DNA from: Dehalococcoidia bacterium
GTDB taxonomy: Bacteria > Chloroflexota > Dehalococcoidia > UBA2979
Assembly (NCBI GenBank): GCA_041674525.1
Contig: JBAYVN010000003.1
Location: forward strand, 202 to 64,201
Reading direction: 5' to 3'
DNA: 64,000 nt
The position numbers and the translations under genes were made by a program. Of the stretch, positions 34,311-44,144 are shown piece after piece. Every line of letters begins with the position of its first letter. Within the stretch, counting starts at the first letter, position 1. The notes under the pieces are model-generated. The model made no database searches. It worked only from the letters and a program-made list of their open reading frames with translations, and was not told the origin of the DNA.

Positions 34311-37166
34311 TCAGCGAGACGGCGTCGGCTGCGCCTGCAGCTGCTTCTGGATCGCTTCCAGGATCGCCCGCAGGCGGTCCAGCTCCTGTTGTGTGGCGTT
34401 CGAGGATTGCTGCGCCTGCCGCAGGAGATCCTCGATCGATCCGGTCGGGACGGCAGGTGTCGCGCCCGGCGGAGGCGTCGGCGTCGGCGACCCTGCGCCC
34501 GGCGTCGGCGTCGCGGCGGGCGTCCCGCCGGGCCGGGGCGCCGGCTGCGCTCCCCCCGCCAGCGAGGATGGGCGCTTGCCCATCACTACGTCCAGCGCCT
34601 CCGCGAACGTTCGCTCCATGGCGATCTGGGTGCCGTTGGCCACCACGACGCGCACCAGCTCCGGCAGCCGGGAGTTCTCCGCCTGCAGGTAGATGGGCTC
34701 CACGAACAGGAACGACCCCCCGATCGGGATCATCAGCAGGTTGCCCCGAAGCACCGACGATCCGGACTGGTTCCACAGCGTGATCTGCTGCGAGATCCCG
34801 GGGTTCTGGTCGATCCGCGCCTCGATCTGCGCGGGACCGAAGACCAGGTCCTCCGTGGGGAACCGGTATGCGCGCAGCTTCCCGAAGTTCGCGCCGTCCG
34901 AGCGGCCCGCGAGCCACGCCACGGTGTTCTGCCGGTTGCGCGGGGTGAAGGGCATGATCAGGATGAACTCCGCCTTGCCCGCGCCGGGCGCCTGCGCCTC
35001 CTCGGGCAGGGCCATGGTCACGTAGTACGGCTCGATCGCCTGCTCTTTCGTGTCCTTCTTCTCCGTCGGGATGTTCCAGACGTCTTCGCCGGTGAAGAAC
35101 ACGCTGGGGTCCGTGATGTGGTAGCGGAGATAGAGCTGCGATTGGATCTTGAACAGGTCCAGTGGGTACCGCATCTGCGCTCGCACGAGAGCGGGCATGG
35201 CGTCCAGGGGCTGGAAGAGGCCCGGGAAGATTTGGCTCCACGTCGCCACCACCGGCTCCTGCGGGTCGACCACGTAGAAGCGCATGTCGCCCGTTTGCGC
35301 ATCGATGGTGATCTGCACGCTGTTGCGCACGTAGTTGACGGCGCCGAGGATCCCGCTCGGCTGCGAGTACGGGAACGCAGTGGAGGTGGAGTACGCGGAC
35401 TGCATCCACATCAAGCGGCCATCGATCACCACGGCGTAGGGATCGGAGTCCAGCAGCAGGAACGGCGCGACCTTCTCCACGCGCTGCTGGATCTGCCGGA
35501 CCATGAGGAGCCGCGAGTCCCGGGTGATCTGCCCCGAGATCATCAGGTTCGCGTCCCCCAGCTCCCACGCCAGCAGGGCGCGCCGCACGATCGAGTCCAG
35601 CCGGATGCCACGGTCCTCGCCGTACGAGGTGGACGCGTTGCCGCTGCCCAGCGGGTAGTCGAACTCCGGCTCGCTGGAGTTCACGACGACGTACTGGTTT
35701 GTCTGCTCGCCGAAGTAGATGCGCGCCCCGGACTCGGTGATCGGGATCACGTCGCTCTTCGGGGGGATGTCGTAGGTCAGGAGCGTCGGCAGGCCCTCCG
35801 CCTGCACCTCGTTTACGGGGGAGATCACCGCGCCGTAGCCGTGCGTCAGCTGCAGGCGATCTCGCGTCCAGTTCGTGCCCTGCGCGCGCGAGATGTCCAG
35901 CTCACGCGCGGCGGACATCACCTGCCGCGTCTTGCCGTTCACCGTGTAGCGCGTCACGTCCACGTCGTTGAACGTGTAGAACTGGCGGATCGCCTGGATC
36001 TGGTTGAACGTGTCGCGCAGCGGGATCGAGTCCAGCAGCCGGATGTTGTCGAGCGTTTCCGGATTGGCGTCCAGTTCCGCCTGTTTCACCGCCTGCTCCG
36101 CGGGGAACCGCGTCTCCACGGCGGTGTCCAGCCCATACGCGTACCTCGTCGCCGCGATGTTGCGTTCGATGTACGGCGCCTCGCGCAGGCGCTCGTTCGG
36201 TTCCACGGTCACCGACTGCACGATGGAGGGGTAGATCACCCCGCCCAGGATCCCCGCGAACGCCCACAGCCCGATCGCGAAGGCCGGGGCCCGGAACCCG
36301 CTCGCGGAGAGGAACGGGTTGACCGCGGTCGCCGCCGCCGCGAACAGCGCCAGCGCCACCAGGACGTAGCGGACGGGCAGCCGGGCGTTGACGTCCGTGT
36401 ACTTCGCGCCGTGGACGATGCCGCCCACGGCGCCCACCAGGTCGTACACCCCCAGCAGGGTGCCCGCGGCAAGCGCGAGGAAGATCGCGGCCGCCAGGAG
36501 CGACAGGTGCATCCGCATGCGGCCGGTGATCTGCAGCTCGAACCGCTGGAGCGAGATCGACAGCGCGTACACGCCGCCCGACGCCAGCGCGGAGACCACG
36601 AGGAGGCTGAGCACCCATTCCTGCGCCAGATGCAGTGCCGGCAGCGTGAACACGTACAGCGAGAGGTCGTGTCCAAACTGCGCGTCCGCTCGTGAGAAGG
36701 GCTGCGCGTGCATCCAGGTGAGCACCGTTTCCCACCCGCTGGATGCCACCGTGCCAAAGATCAGCGCGAGGAACAGCGCGCCCGCGACCAGCAGCACGCT
36801 CACCATCCGCCGGATCGCCGCGGGATCGATGTCCTCGATGAACGACTCCTCGAGCCCCTGCGGGGAGAAGCGCCGCGCGAGCAGGACGTTCCCGCCCAGC
36901 ACCACGATCGTCGTCACCGCGCCCGCGAAGAACAGCAGTACGCGTGCCACGATCTCCGTCCGGTACACGCCCGAGAAGCCCACGGAGTCGAACCACAGGA
37001 CGTCGACGTAGATCGTCTTGAGGACGCTCAGCGCCAGGTAGCCCACGAGGACGAGCGCCGCGAGTCCAAACCAGCGGAAGGACATGGGGCGAGGAGCGTC
37101 GCGCCTCCCGAGACGGAACGGCTCGGGAGGTGGACCCAGATCACCCCGGTCGTCGAAGAAGCCCAC
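34311..37166 (-). CDS. UPF0182 family large membrane protein
   Basis: 951-aa ORF. GTG start 3 nt after the argB TGA; stop 21 nt before the argD start. Collinear by eye with mycobacterial UPF0182 (Rv3193c-type): VDVLWFDSVGF, AQFGHDLSLYVFTLP, YTDVNARLP, PNERLREAPYIERNIAATRYAYGL, NIRLLD, YVRNSV, RYPLDLFKIQ, PYYV, LRGNLLMIPIGGSFLFVEPIYLQA. Confidence 0.8.
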   Translation of the reverse strand: MGFFDDRGDLGPPPEPFRLGRRDAPRPMSFRWFGLAALVLVGYLALSVLKTIYVDVLWFDSVGFSGVYRTEIVARVLLFFAGAVTTIVVLGGNVLLARRFSPQGLEESFIEDIDPAAIRRMVSVLLVAGALFLALIFGTVASSGWETVLTWMHAQPFSRADAQFGHDLSLYVFTLPALHLAQEWVLSLLVVSALASGGVYALSISLQRFELQITGRMRMHLSLLAAAIFLALAAGTLLGVYDLVGAVGGIVHGAKYTDVNARLPVRYVLVALALFAAAATAVNPFLSASGFRAPAFAIGLWAFAGILGGVIYPSIVQSVTVEPNERLREAPYIERNIAATRYAYGLDTAVETRFPAEQAVKQAELDANPETLDNIRLLDSIPLRDTFNQIQAIRQFYTFNDVDVTRYTVNGKTRQVMSAARELDISRAQGTNWTRDRLQLTHGYGAVISPVNEVQAEGLPTLLTYDIPPKSDVIPITESGARIYFGEQTNQYVVVNSSEPEFDYPLGSGNASTSYGEDRGIRLDSIVRRALLAWELGDANLMISGQITRDSRLLMVRQIQQRVEKVAPFLLLDSDPYAVVIDGRLMWMQSAYSTSTAFPYSQPSGILGAVNYVRNSVQITIDAQTGDMRFYVVDPQEPVVATWSQIFPGLFQPLDAMPALVRAQMRYPLDLFKIQSQLYLRYHITDPSVFFTGEDVWNIPTEKKDTKEQAIEPYYVTMALPEEAQAPGAGKAEFILIMPFTPRNRQNTVAWLAGRSDGANFGKLRAYRFPTEDLVFGPAQIEARIDQNPGISQQITLWNQSGSSVLRGNLLMIPIGGSFLFVEPIYLQAENSRLPELVRVVVANGTQIAMERTFAEALDVVMGKRPSSLAGGAQPAPRPGGTPAATPTPGAGSPTPTPPPGATPAVPTGSIEDLLRQAQQSSNATQQELDRLRAILEAIQKQLQAQPTPSR

Positions 37167-37169
37167 GGC

Positions 37170-37949
37170 TCATGCCTCGATTCGCGTCCCGATTCGCTCA
37201 CCGGAGACAAGCCGGTGGACCGTATGAGGCTGCATCCCGTTGGCGATGAAGGCGCTCACGCCCACCTCCGCCGCGCGGAAGCAAGCGTCGATCTTGGGAA
37301 TCATACCCCCGGAGAGGACGCCTTCGGCGCGCAGCGCCTCCGCACGGCCGGCGTTCAGGTTCCCCACCACATCTCCGGCGGCATCCAGCAGGCCGTCGAC
37401 GTCCGTGAGGAAGATGAGCTGCGCCGCACCCAGCGCGCGCGCCACCTCGCCCGCCATCGTGTCGGCGTTGATGTTCAGCGGCTGCGCGGGCGGCTCCAGC
37501 GCGATCGGCGCGATCACGGGGATCACCCCCGCGTCCAGCAGCGAGGTGAGGATGTCCGCGTGCGCGGCGGTGATGCGGCCCACCAGCCCCAGCCGATCGT
37601 CGTACTGCTCCGCCTGCACCATGGCGCCATCGACGCCGCTCAGGCCGACGGCACGCCCGCCCAGCGCCGTGATCTCCGCCACGAGCTGGGTGTTGACCAC
37701 GCCGCGCAGCACGCCCAGCACCACGTCCATCGCCGGCTTGCTGGTGGATCGCAGGCCATCGACGAAGTGCGATTCGATCTCGAGCCGCTTCAGCCAGTCG
37801 CTGATCATCGCCCCGCCGCCGTGCACCACCACCGGCCGCAGCCCCTCGCGCTGGAGCGCGACCACGTCCTGGAGCGACGTGTCCTGCGCGCCGAGCGTGG
37901 AGCCGCCGATCTTGATCACGGTCGCCGGGATGCTGTTCGGTTCGTTCAT
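37170..37949 (-). CDS. argB: acetylglutamate kinase
   Basis: ATG 37949 overlaps the argJ TGA (ATGA). Contains VIKIGGS, VVVHGGG, NINADT and FLTDVDG. Confidence 0.9.
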   Translation of the reverse strand: MNEPNSIPATVIKIGGSTLGAQDTSLQDVVALQREGLRPVVVHGGGAMISDWLKRLEIESHFVDGLRSTSKPAMDVVLGVLRGVVNTQLVAEITALGGRAVGLSGVDGAMVQAEQYDDRLGLVGRITAAHADILTSLLDAGVIPVIAPIALEPPAQPLNINADTMAGEVARALGAAQLIFLTDVDGLLDAAGDVVGNLNAGRAEALRAEGVLSGGMIPKIDACFRAAEVGVSAFIANGMQPHTVHRLVSGERIGTRIEA

Positions 37950-39187
37950 GTCGTGTAGTCCGCGTTGATGCTCACGTACTCGCTGGTCATGTTGCAGCCC
38001 CACGCCGTCGCCGTGGCCGGGCCGGCGCCGAGGTGGACGCGCAGCCGCACCTCCTCGCCCGCCATCGCCGCGGAGACCAGGCGCAGGTCGACGCCCGTTG
38101 GCTGGCCGTGGTCCAGGACGCAGTGGTCGCCGATCCAGACGCTCGCCGCGCGCTGGTCAAAGCTCGCGCCGGAGCGGCCGGCGGCCATCATCACGCGTCC
38201 CCAGTTCGGGTCGCGCCCCGTGATCATGGTCTTGATCAGCGGCGACGAGGTGATGGTGCGCGCCGCTGCGCGCGCGTCCTCCGGCGTGGCCGCCCCCTCG
38301 GCGACGACCTCCAGGAGCGCGGTCGCGCCTTCTCCATCCCCGGCGATCGCGCGCGCCAGCCGCGTCGCGACGGCCTCGATGGCGGCGGTCAGGGCGGCGG
38401 CTGCGGGGTGCGCGGCGGAGAGGGGGTCGCCCCCGGCCGCGCCGCTGGCGAAGAGCAGCGCGGTGTCGCTGGTGGAGGTGTCCATGTCCACGTCCACCAT
38501 GTTGAACGTGCGATCCGTCACGGCGCGGAGCGTCGCGTCCAGCCACGCCCGCTCGGCGGGCGCGTCCGTGGTCATGAACGCGAACATGGTGCCCATGTCC
38601 GGGTGGATCATCCCGGAGCCCTTCGCGCACCCGCCCACGTGGTATGTGCGCCCGGCGGCCTCCACACGCACGGCGCACGACTTCTCGCGCGTGTCCGTGG
38701 TCATGATCGCCCGCGTGAACAGGGCGCCGCCTGCCGGTGACAGCGCGATCGCGCGGATGCCGCGCTCCAGTCGGTCCATCGGCATCTGCCGCCCGATCAC
38801 CCCGGTCGATGCGACCAGGATCTCCTCGGAGGACACGCCGAGCACCTCGGCGGCGATCTCCGCCATGCGGGCGCAATCGCGCGTTCCCTGGTCCCCGGTC
38901 ACGGTGTTCGCGTTGCCGGAGTTGCAGACCAGGCCGCGCATCGGCCGGCTGGCCGCCAGCACGCGGCGGTCCCATGTCACGGGCTCGCCCGTCACGGCAT
39001 TGCGCGTGAACACGCCGGCCACCGTGCACGGCCCGGTCGCCGCCAGCAGGCCCACGTCCATGCGCGGATCCTCGCCGTACGTCTTGATCTGCGCGTACGC
39101 GCCGCCGGCGACGAACCCGCCCGGCGTGGTGACCCCGCCCCCCTCGATCCATTCGATGGCGGCGGGCTGGGTGTCGGGTGCGTTCAT
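37946..39187 (-). CDS. argJ: bifunctional glutamate N-acetyltransferase / amino-acid acetyltransferase
   Basis: 413-aa ORF. Contains GFVAGG, KGSGMIHPDMGTMFAFMTTDA (autoprocessing Thr region) and DPNWGR. No argC is present upstream. Confidence 0.9.
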   Translation of the reverse strand: MNAPDTQPAAIEWIEGGGVTTPGGFVAGGAYAQIKTYGEDPRMDVGLLAATGPCTVAGVFTRNAVTGEPVTWDRRVLAASRPMRGLVCNSGNANTVTGDQGTRDCARMAEIAAEVLGVSSEEILVASTGVIGRQMPMDRLERGIRAIALSPAGGALFTRAIMTTDTREKSCAVRVEAAGRTYHVGGCAKGSGMIHPDMGTMFAFMTTDAPAERAWLDATLRAVTDRTFNMVDVDMDTSTSDTALLFASGAAGGDPLSAAHPAAAALTAAIEAVATRLARAIAGDGEGATALLEVVAEGAATPEDARAAARTITSSPLIKTMITGRDPNWGRVMMAAGRSGASFDQRAASVWIGDHCVLDHGQPTGVDLRLVSAAMAGEEVRLRVHLGAGPATATAWGCNMTSEYVSINADYTT

Positions 39188-39436
39188 GGAGTGACTCCGT
39201 TAGGCGTCGGAGAAGTGGGTGTCGGGGGTACCGGGTCCGGGGGCCGCCAGCGGGCGGCCACGACGGACGCGCGGAACGCGAATCGAACGGGCGCGGCTGG
39301 CTCGCCTGAGCGTCATTCCCGATCCCCTCCATGGAAGAGGCCCGAGTATACCGGGCGGGCCCGCTCTGGGCATCCCGCGCGATGTATGCACGGCTGCGCC
39401 CCTCGTTCCCGTGGACGGCTGTGGCACAATCCCTGC

Positions 39437-39973
39437 ATGTCGAACGAGCCGATCATCCGCCCGGCCACCGAAGCCGATCTCCCCGCGATCAACGCGATCT
39501 ACAACCGCGAGATCGTCGAGGGCATCGCCACGTGGGACACCGATCCGTGGAGCGCCGAGCAGCGTCTCGAGTGGTTCCGGGAGCACTCGCAGCCCGGCAC
39601 GGTCGCGCTGGTGGCGGACCTTCCGGGCACGCCCGCCGGAGAGGTCGCCGGCTTCGGCTACCTCTCGATCTACAAGACGCGCGCGGGGTACCGGTTCACG
39701 CGCGAGGACACCCTGTACGTGCGCCCGGAGTTCCAGCGCCTCGGCGTCGGCCGCGCCTTGCTCGACGCCCTGTTGACGGAGGCGCGCAGCCGCGACGTCC
39801 ACGCGGTGATCGCGCGCATCGAGGAATCGAACGAGGCGAGCATCGCCCTGCACCGCGAGCTGGGGTTCGACGTGACCGGGCATGAGCGTCACACGGGCTA
39901 CAAGTTCGGGGAGTGGCGGTCGCTGGTGCAGATGCAGATCCTGCTTCCGACCTTCAGCGACGAGGTCTGCTAG
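39437..39973 (+). CDS. GNAT family N-acetyltransferase (phosphinothricin/MSO acetyltransferase-like)
   Basis: ATG 39437 inside track ORF 39191..39973. IRPATEADLPAINAIYN...ATWDT, and the acetyl-CoA loop RLGVGRALL. Confidence 0.8.
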   Translation: MSNEPIIRPATEADLPAINAIYNREIVEGIATWDTDPWSAEQRLEWFREHSQPGTVALVADLPGTPAGEVAGFGYLSIYKTRAGYRFTREDTLYVRPEFQRLGVGRALLDALLTEARSRDVHAVIARIEESNEASIALHRELGFDVTGHERHTGYKFGEWRSLVQMQILLPTFSDEVC

Positions 39974-40662
39974 ACCCCCACCCTCGGGCAGCGCGACTCC
40001 AGTGGGCACTCCTCGCAGCGCGGACCCCGCGCGTGGCAGGTGCGCCGCCCGTGCTGGATCAGGTCGACGTGGAACGCGTACACCTCGCCGGGCCGCAGCA
40101 TCGCCTCGAGGGCGTCGTGCGCGCGGTCCGCGGGCATCTTCGGCGGCACCAGGCTCAGGCGCTTCGCGACGCGCTCCACGTGCGTGTCCACCGGCAACGC
40201 GGGGCGCTCCAGCGCGAAGAGCAGCACGCACGCGGCGGTCTTCGGCCCCACCCCGGGGAGCGACGTCAGCCACGCCTTCGCCTCTGCCAGCGGCAGCGTC
40301 CGGAGCAGCCCCAGGTCCCAGTCCGGCTGCCGCGCCTTCACCTCGCCGAGCAGCTCCTGGAGGCGCTTCGACTTCGTCGGGGCGAGCCCGCCCGGGCGGA
40401 TCGCGTCCTCGATCTCGCGTACCGGCGCGGCGAGCACGGCATCCCACGTGGGGAAGCGCTCGATCAGGCGGTGCATGGCCTGCCCGGAGTTCCGGTCCGA
40501 GGTGTGCTGGGACAGCAGCGTGAGCACGAGCTCGAACACCGGCGCAGCGGACGCCTGCTGCGGCGCCCGTCCGTACGCCGCGTCGAGGATCGCGATCAGC
40601 TCGGTGGGGGTCCACGTGCCGGGTGTGCTCGTGCGCGCGGGGGCGTTCGTTCGCGGCGTCAT
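39970..40662 (-). CDS. nth: endonuclease III (HhH-GPD glycosylase with 4Fe-4S loop)
   Basis: 230-aa ORF. HhH-GPD block LPGVGPKTAACVLLFAL..PALPVDTHVERV and the C-terminal Cys cluster CHARGPRCEECPLESRC. Confidence 0.85.
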   Translation of the reverse strand: MTPRTNAPARTSTPGTWTPTELIAILDAAYGRAPQQASAAPVFELVLTLLSQHTSDRNSGQAMHRLIERFPTWDAVLAAPVREIEDAIRPGGLAPTKSKRLQELLGEVKARQPDWDLGLLRTLPLAEAKAWLTSLPGVGPKTAACVLLFALERPALPVDTHVERVAKRLSLVPPKMPADRAHDALEAMLRPGEVYAFHVDLIQHGRRTCHARGPRCEECPLESRCPRVGV

Positions 40663-40797
40663 GCGGGGATCCTAGGCCATGCCGCGGCCTCGTGTGCGAC
40701 CGCGCCTGTTCCCGAGCGGCTTGCCGGTCAATGCGACGATGGTGCGACGATAGTGGAGGCGCCGCCACGGCAGACCGGGCGCCCGAGAGGACACGCC

Positions 40798-41874
40798 ATG
40801 CCCGACGATGCCACCACTGCGCCGCCACCACCGCCCCTGCGCCTGACCGGGCTTGCTTCCTGCGCGGGGTGTGCGGCGAAGATGGGCATCGGGACCCTGC
40901 AGGATGTCCTCGCCCCGCTGCGCGGCATCTTCGACGCCCGCGCGAACCAGGACCTCCTCGTGGGACTGGACGGCGCGGATGACGCCGCCGTCTACCTCGT
41001 CTCGCCCGAGGTCGCCGTGATCCAGACGCTGGACTTCTTCCCCCCGGTGGTGGACGACGCCTACACGTACGGCGCGATCGCTGCCGCGAACGCGATGTCC
41101 GACGTGTACGCCATGGGCGGCGAGGTGAAGCTCGCGCTGAACATCACCGCGTGGCCGGAGGACCTCGACCCGGCCGTGCTCCGCGAGGTGCTCCGCGGCG
41201 GCGCGGAGAAGGTGGCGGAGGCGGGCGGTGTGATCGCCGGCGGACACACGATCTTCGACGTCGAGCCCAAGTACGGGCTCTCCGTGACGGGCTTTATCCA
41301 CCCCGGACAGATCATGCAGAAGAGCGGCGCGCAGCCCGGGGACGTGGTGCTCCTGACCAAGCGCATCGGCACCGGGGTGCTGCTCACCGCGCAGAAGGAG
41401 TCGCGCGCCGGGTGCGAGCGGGGGTACGCCGCCGCGATCGAGAGCATGCTGCGCCTCAACCGCCGCGGCTCGGAGCTCGCGCGCGAGCACGGCGCCCACG
41501 CGATGACGGACATCACGGGCTACGCGCTGCTGGGCCACGCTGCCGAGGTGGCGACGCGGAGCGGCGTGCGCATCGTGATCGACGCCGCGTCGGTGCCGCT
41601 GCTCCCGGACGCCCAGCGCTTCGCCGCCGAGGGGGCCACCACGGGCGGAGGGGTCCGCAACCGCGCGCAGCTTGCGGGCCGCCTGCAGGTGCACGGCGGC
41701 CTCGACCCCGCGCTCGTGGAGCTGCTGTACGACCCGCAGACGTCCGGGCCGCTGTTCATCGTGGCGCCCGCCGGTCGCGCCGAGGCGCTGCGTGCGGCGA
41801 TCGAGCGCGAAGCCGGCGGTTGCTGGGCGATCGGCCACGTCGAGGCCGGCGCACCGCTGGTGGAGGTCCGGTAG
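40798..41874 (+). CDS. selD: selenide, water dikinase (Cys-type)
   Basis: ATG 40798 is preceded by GAGAGG; only this downstream part of track ORF 39913..41874 is protein-like. Collinear with E. coli SelD: LASCAGCAAKMG (Cys/Lys active site), DDAAVY, DFFPPVVDD, AANAMSDVYAMGG, GGHTI, MTDITGYALLGH, DPQTSGPL. Confidence 0.85.
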   Translation: MPDDATTAPPPPPLRLTGLASCAGCAAKMGIGTLQDVLAPLRGIFDARANQDLLVGLDGADDAAVYLVSPEVAVIQTLDFFPPVVDDAYTYGAIAAANAMSDVYAMGGEVKLALNITAWPEDLDPAVLREVLRGGAEKVAEAGGVIAGGHTIFDVEPKYGLSVTGFIHPGQIMQKSGAQPGDVVLLTKRIGTGVLLTAQKESRAGCERGYAAAIESMLRLNRRGSELAREHGAHAMTDITGYALLGHAAEVATRSGVRIVIDAASVPLLPDAQRFAAEGATTGGGVRNRAQLAGRLQVHGGLDPALVELLYDPQTSGPLFIVAPAGRAEALRAAIEREAGGCWAIGHVEAGAPLVEVR

Positions 41875-41887
41875 GGCCGGGCGGGCC

Positions 41888-42358
41888 CTAGTTCCGGCGC
41901 CAGAGCGTCTCGAAGCCCTCGCCGCCGCGCACTGCGGCCAGCATGTCCATGCGCTCCCGGGAGCGCAGATCCTGCACGGCCTCCGCGATCATCTCGTGGA
42001 CGTCCACGCCCTGCTCGTTCCGGATGCGCTCCGCCGCGCCGGTGAGGAGCGGCGAGGCCTGCAGGTACGCCACGGAGTGGGGCCACACGAAGAACAGGAA
42101 CTCCTCCGGCGCGCGCAGGCCGGGGCGGCGCGCGCTCAGCCAGATCTGGCGCTCCTCGGCGCCGGCGAGGGGTTCCACCATCTCGACGATCGGGGGCGTG
42201 TGCCCGCGCGCGTCGTCGCGCAGGTCGATCAGCAGGCGGTCCGCGGTGAAGTCGAAGCCGAGGACGATGACGTCCGCCTCGCGCACGGCCTCGTCGATCG
42301 CCCCCGGGTCGAGGATCGGGCCGTTGTCGCCGAACATCCCGAGCTCAGCCACGCACAC
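41888..42358 (-). CDS. hypothetical protein (about 150 aa)
   Basis: 156-aa track ORF. The start is uncertain (GTG 42358, GTG 42352 or ATG 42337). Acidic, non-repetitive sequence, 85 nt downstream of groEL on the same strand. No family recognised. Confidence 0.45.
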   Translation of the reverse strand: MCVAELGMFGDNGPILDPGAIDEAVREADVIVLGFDFTADRLLIDLRDDARGHTPPIVEMVEPLAGAEERQIWLSARRPGLRAPEEFLFFVWPHSVAYLQASPLLTGAAERIRNEQGVDVHEMIAEAVQDLRSRERMDMLAAVRGGEGFETLWRRN

Positions 42359-42443
42359 ACCTTTCGCGAGTTGCGCCGCCTGACGCGGAGACGGGGCCGC
42401 TGTCGCGACCCCGCCTCCCGAAGTCCAGACCGGACCGTGCCAG

Positions 42444-44057
42444 CTAGTACATGTCCATGTTGGACGGAGCGGCAGCGGTCTGCCCCTCCGGGATGTCGGT
42501 CACGAGGACGTTGGTCGTGAGGACCATGCCCGCGATCGACACAGCGTTCTCAAGCGCGGCCTTCGTCACCTTGGCCGGGTCGATGATGCCGAGCTGGACC
42601 ATGTCGCCGTAGGTGTCGGCGGCGGCGTCGTAGCCCTGGCCGCGCTTCAGGCTGCGCACCTTCTGCACGATCACCGAGCCGTCCTGGCCCGCGTTGGCGG
42701 CGATGCGGCGCAGCGGCTCCTCCAGCGCGCGGCGGAGGATGCGGACGCCCGTCATCTCGTCGGCGTTGTCGAGCTCGATCTTGTCGAGCACGGGCAACGC
42801 GTTCAGGAACGCGACGCCACCACCGGGGACCATGCCCTCTTCAACGGCGGCACGGGTGGCGGACAGGGCGTCCTCCACGCGGTGCTTCTTCTCGGTCAGC
42901 TCCACCTCGGTGGCGGCGCCGACCTTGACGATGGCCACGGAGCCGGCGAGCTTGCCCAGGCGCTCCTGCAGCTTCTCCTTGTCCCAGTCGGACGTGGCGC
43001 TGGCCAGCTGCGCGCGGATCATCTTCACGCGCTCCTCGGCGGCCTTCTTGGTGCCCTTGCCCTCGATGATCGTCGTCTCTTCCTTGGCGACGACCACGCG
43101 GCGGGCGCGGCCCATGTCCTCCACGCCGGCGGACTCCAGCGAGCGGTTGAGCTCCTGGCTGATCAGGGTGGCGCCGGTCAGCGCGGCGATGTCGCCGAGG
43201 TTCTCCTTGCGGCGGTCGCCGAAGCCGGGGGCCTTCACGGCGACCACGTTCACGGTGCCGCGCAGCTTGTTCACCGCCAGCGTAGCCAGCGCCTCGCCGT
43301 CCACGTCCTCGGCGATGATCACGAGGTTCTTGGAGACCTGGAGCTGCTTCTCCAGCCACGGCAGGATGTCGTTGACGGACGAGAGCTTGCGGTCCGTCAC
43401 GAAGATGTACGGATCCTCGATGACCGCTTCCATGCGCTCCGGGCTGGTGACGAAGTAGGGCGAGATGTAGCCGCGGTCGAAGGCCATGCCCTCCACGTAC
43501 TCGATCTCGGTCTGGATGCCCTTGGACTCCTCGACGGTGATGACGCCGTCCTTGCCGGCCGCCTCCATCACCTCGCCGATGAGTTCGCCGATCTCCTTCG
43601 AGGCGGCAGAGATGGCGGCGACCTGCGACATCTGCTCGCGGGTCGTGACCTTGGTGGCGTTCTTGGTGACCGCCTCCTTGATCGCCTTCGCCGCGGCCTC
43701 GATGCCGCGCTTCAGGGCCATCGGGTCGGCGCCCGCGGCGACGTTCTTCATGCCCTCGTGGACGATCGCCTGGCCCAGGACCGTGGCGGTCGTGGTGCCG
43801 TCACCGGCGATGTCGTTCGTCTTGGAGGCGATCTCCTTGGCGAGCTGGGCGCCGATGTTCTCGAAGGGGTTCTGAAGCTCGATGTCCTTCGCGATCGTCA
43901 CGCCGTCGTTCGTGATCGTCGGCGCGCCGAACTTCTTGTCGAGGACGACGTTGCGACCGCGGGGGCCCAGCGTCATCTTCACCGCGTCTGCCAGGGCGTC
44001 GATGCCGTCGCGCATCGCCTGGCGCGCCTGCTCGTCGAACAGCAGCTGCTTTGCCAT
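42444..44057 (-). CDS. groEL: chaperonin GroEL (60 kDa)
   Basis: 537-aa [42 protein letters not shown]...[11 protein letters not shown]. Unmistakable GroEL. The C-terminus ends [10 protein letters not shown] instead of a GGM repeat. Confidence 0.95.
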   Translation of the reverse strand: MAKQLLFDEQARQAMRDGIDALADAVKMTLGPRGRNVVLDKKFGAPTITNDGVTIAKDIELQNPFENIGAQLAKEIASKTNDIAGDGTTTATVLGQAIVHEGMKNVAAGADPMALKRGIEAAAKAIKEAVTKNATKVTTREQMSQVAAISAASKEIGELIGEVMEAAGKDGVITVEESKGIQTEIEYVEGMAFDRGYISPYFVTSPERMEAVIEDPYIFVTDRKLSSVNDILPWLEKQLQVSKNLVIIAEDVDGEALATLAVNKLRGTVNVVAVKAPGFGDRRKENLGDIAALTGATLISQELNRSLESAGVEDMGRARRVVVAKEETTIIEGKGTKKAAEERVKMIRAQLASATSDWDKEKLQERLGKLAGSVAIVKVGAATEVELTEKKHRVEDALSATRAAVEEGMVPGGGVAFLNALPVLDKIELDNADEMTGVRILRRALEEPLRRIAANAGQDGSVIVQKVRSLKRGQGYDAAADTYGDMVQLGIIDPAKVTKAALENAVSIAGMVLTTNVLVTDIPEGQTAAAPSNMDMY

Positions 44058-44115
44058 CTGTGAAGTGTCCTTTGCTCCCGCGCCCCACGACCGCCGAGTC
44101 GGGCAGCGCGCACGT

Positions 44116-44142
44116 TTAGCACTCTCGGAACCGGAGTGCTAA
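44116..44142 (-). promoter_or_regulatory. CIRCE operator (HrcA binding site)
   Basis: Perfect TTAGCACTC-N9-GAGTGCTAA inverted repeat, 59 nt upstream of the groEL ATG. Confidence 0.85.
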
Positions 44143-44144
44143 CG

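Noticed and set aside
31698-36695. A 1665-aa open reading frame on the + strand, the longest ORF in the track.
   Set aside because: It runs antisense across the histidine kinase, argD and UPF0182 genes and straight through their intergenic spacers. Its translation is Arg/His/Gly/Asp/Pro-rich low complexity (for example RRRRRRRPCARRRRRGGRP) with no recognisable motif. The opposite strand encodes three proteins with clear family signatures. Long stop-free antisense frames are expected at this G+C.
39913-40797. Upstream 295 codons of the selD ORF, which could suggest a much longer SelD fusion protein.
   Set aside because: This part is antisense to the well-supported nth gene and is low complexity. 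A good SD (GAGAGG) and the conserved SelD N-terminus begin at ATG 40798.
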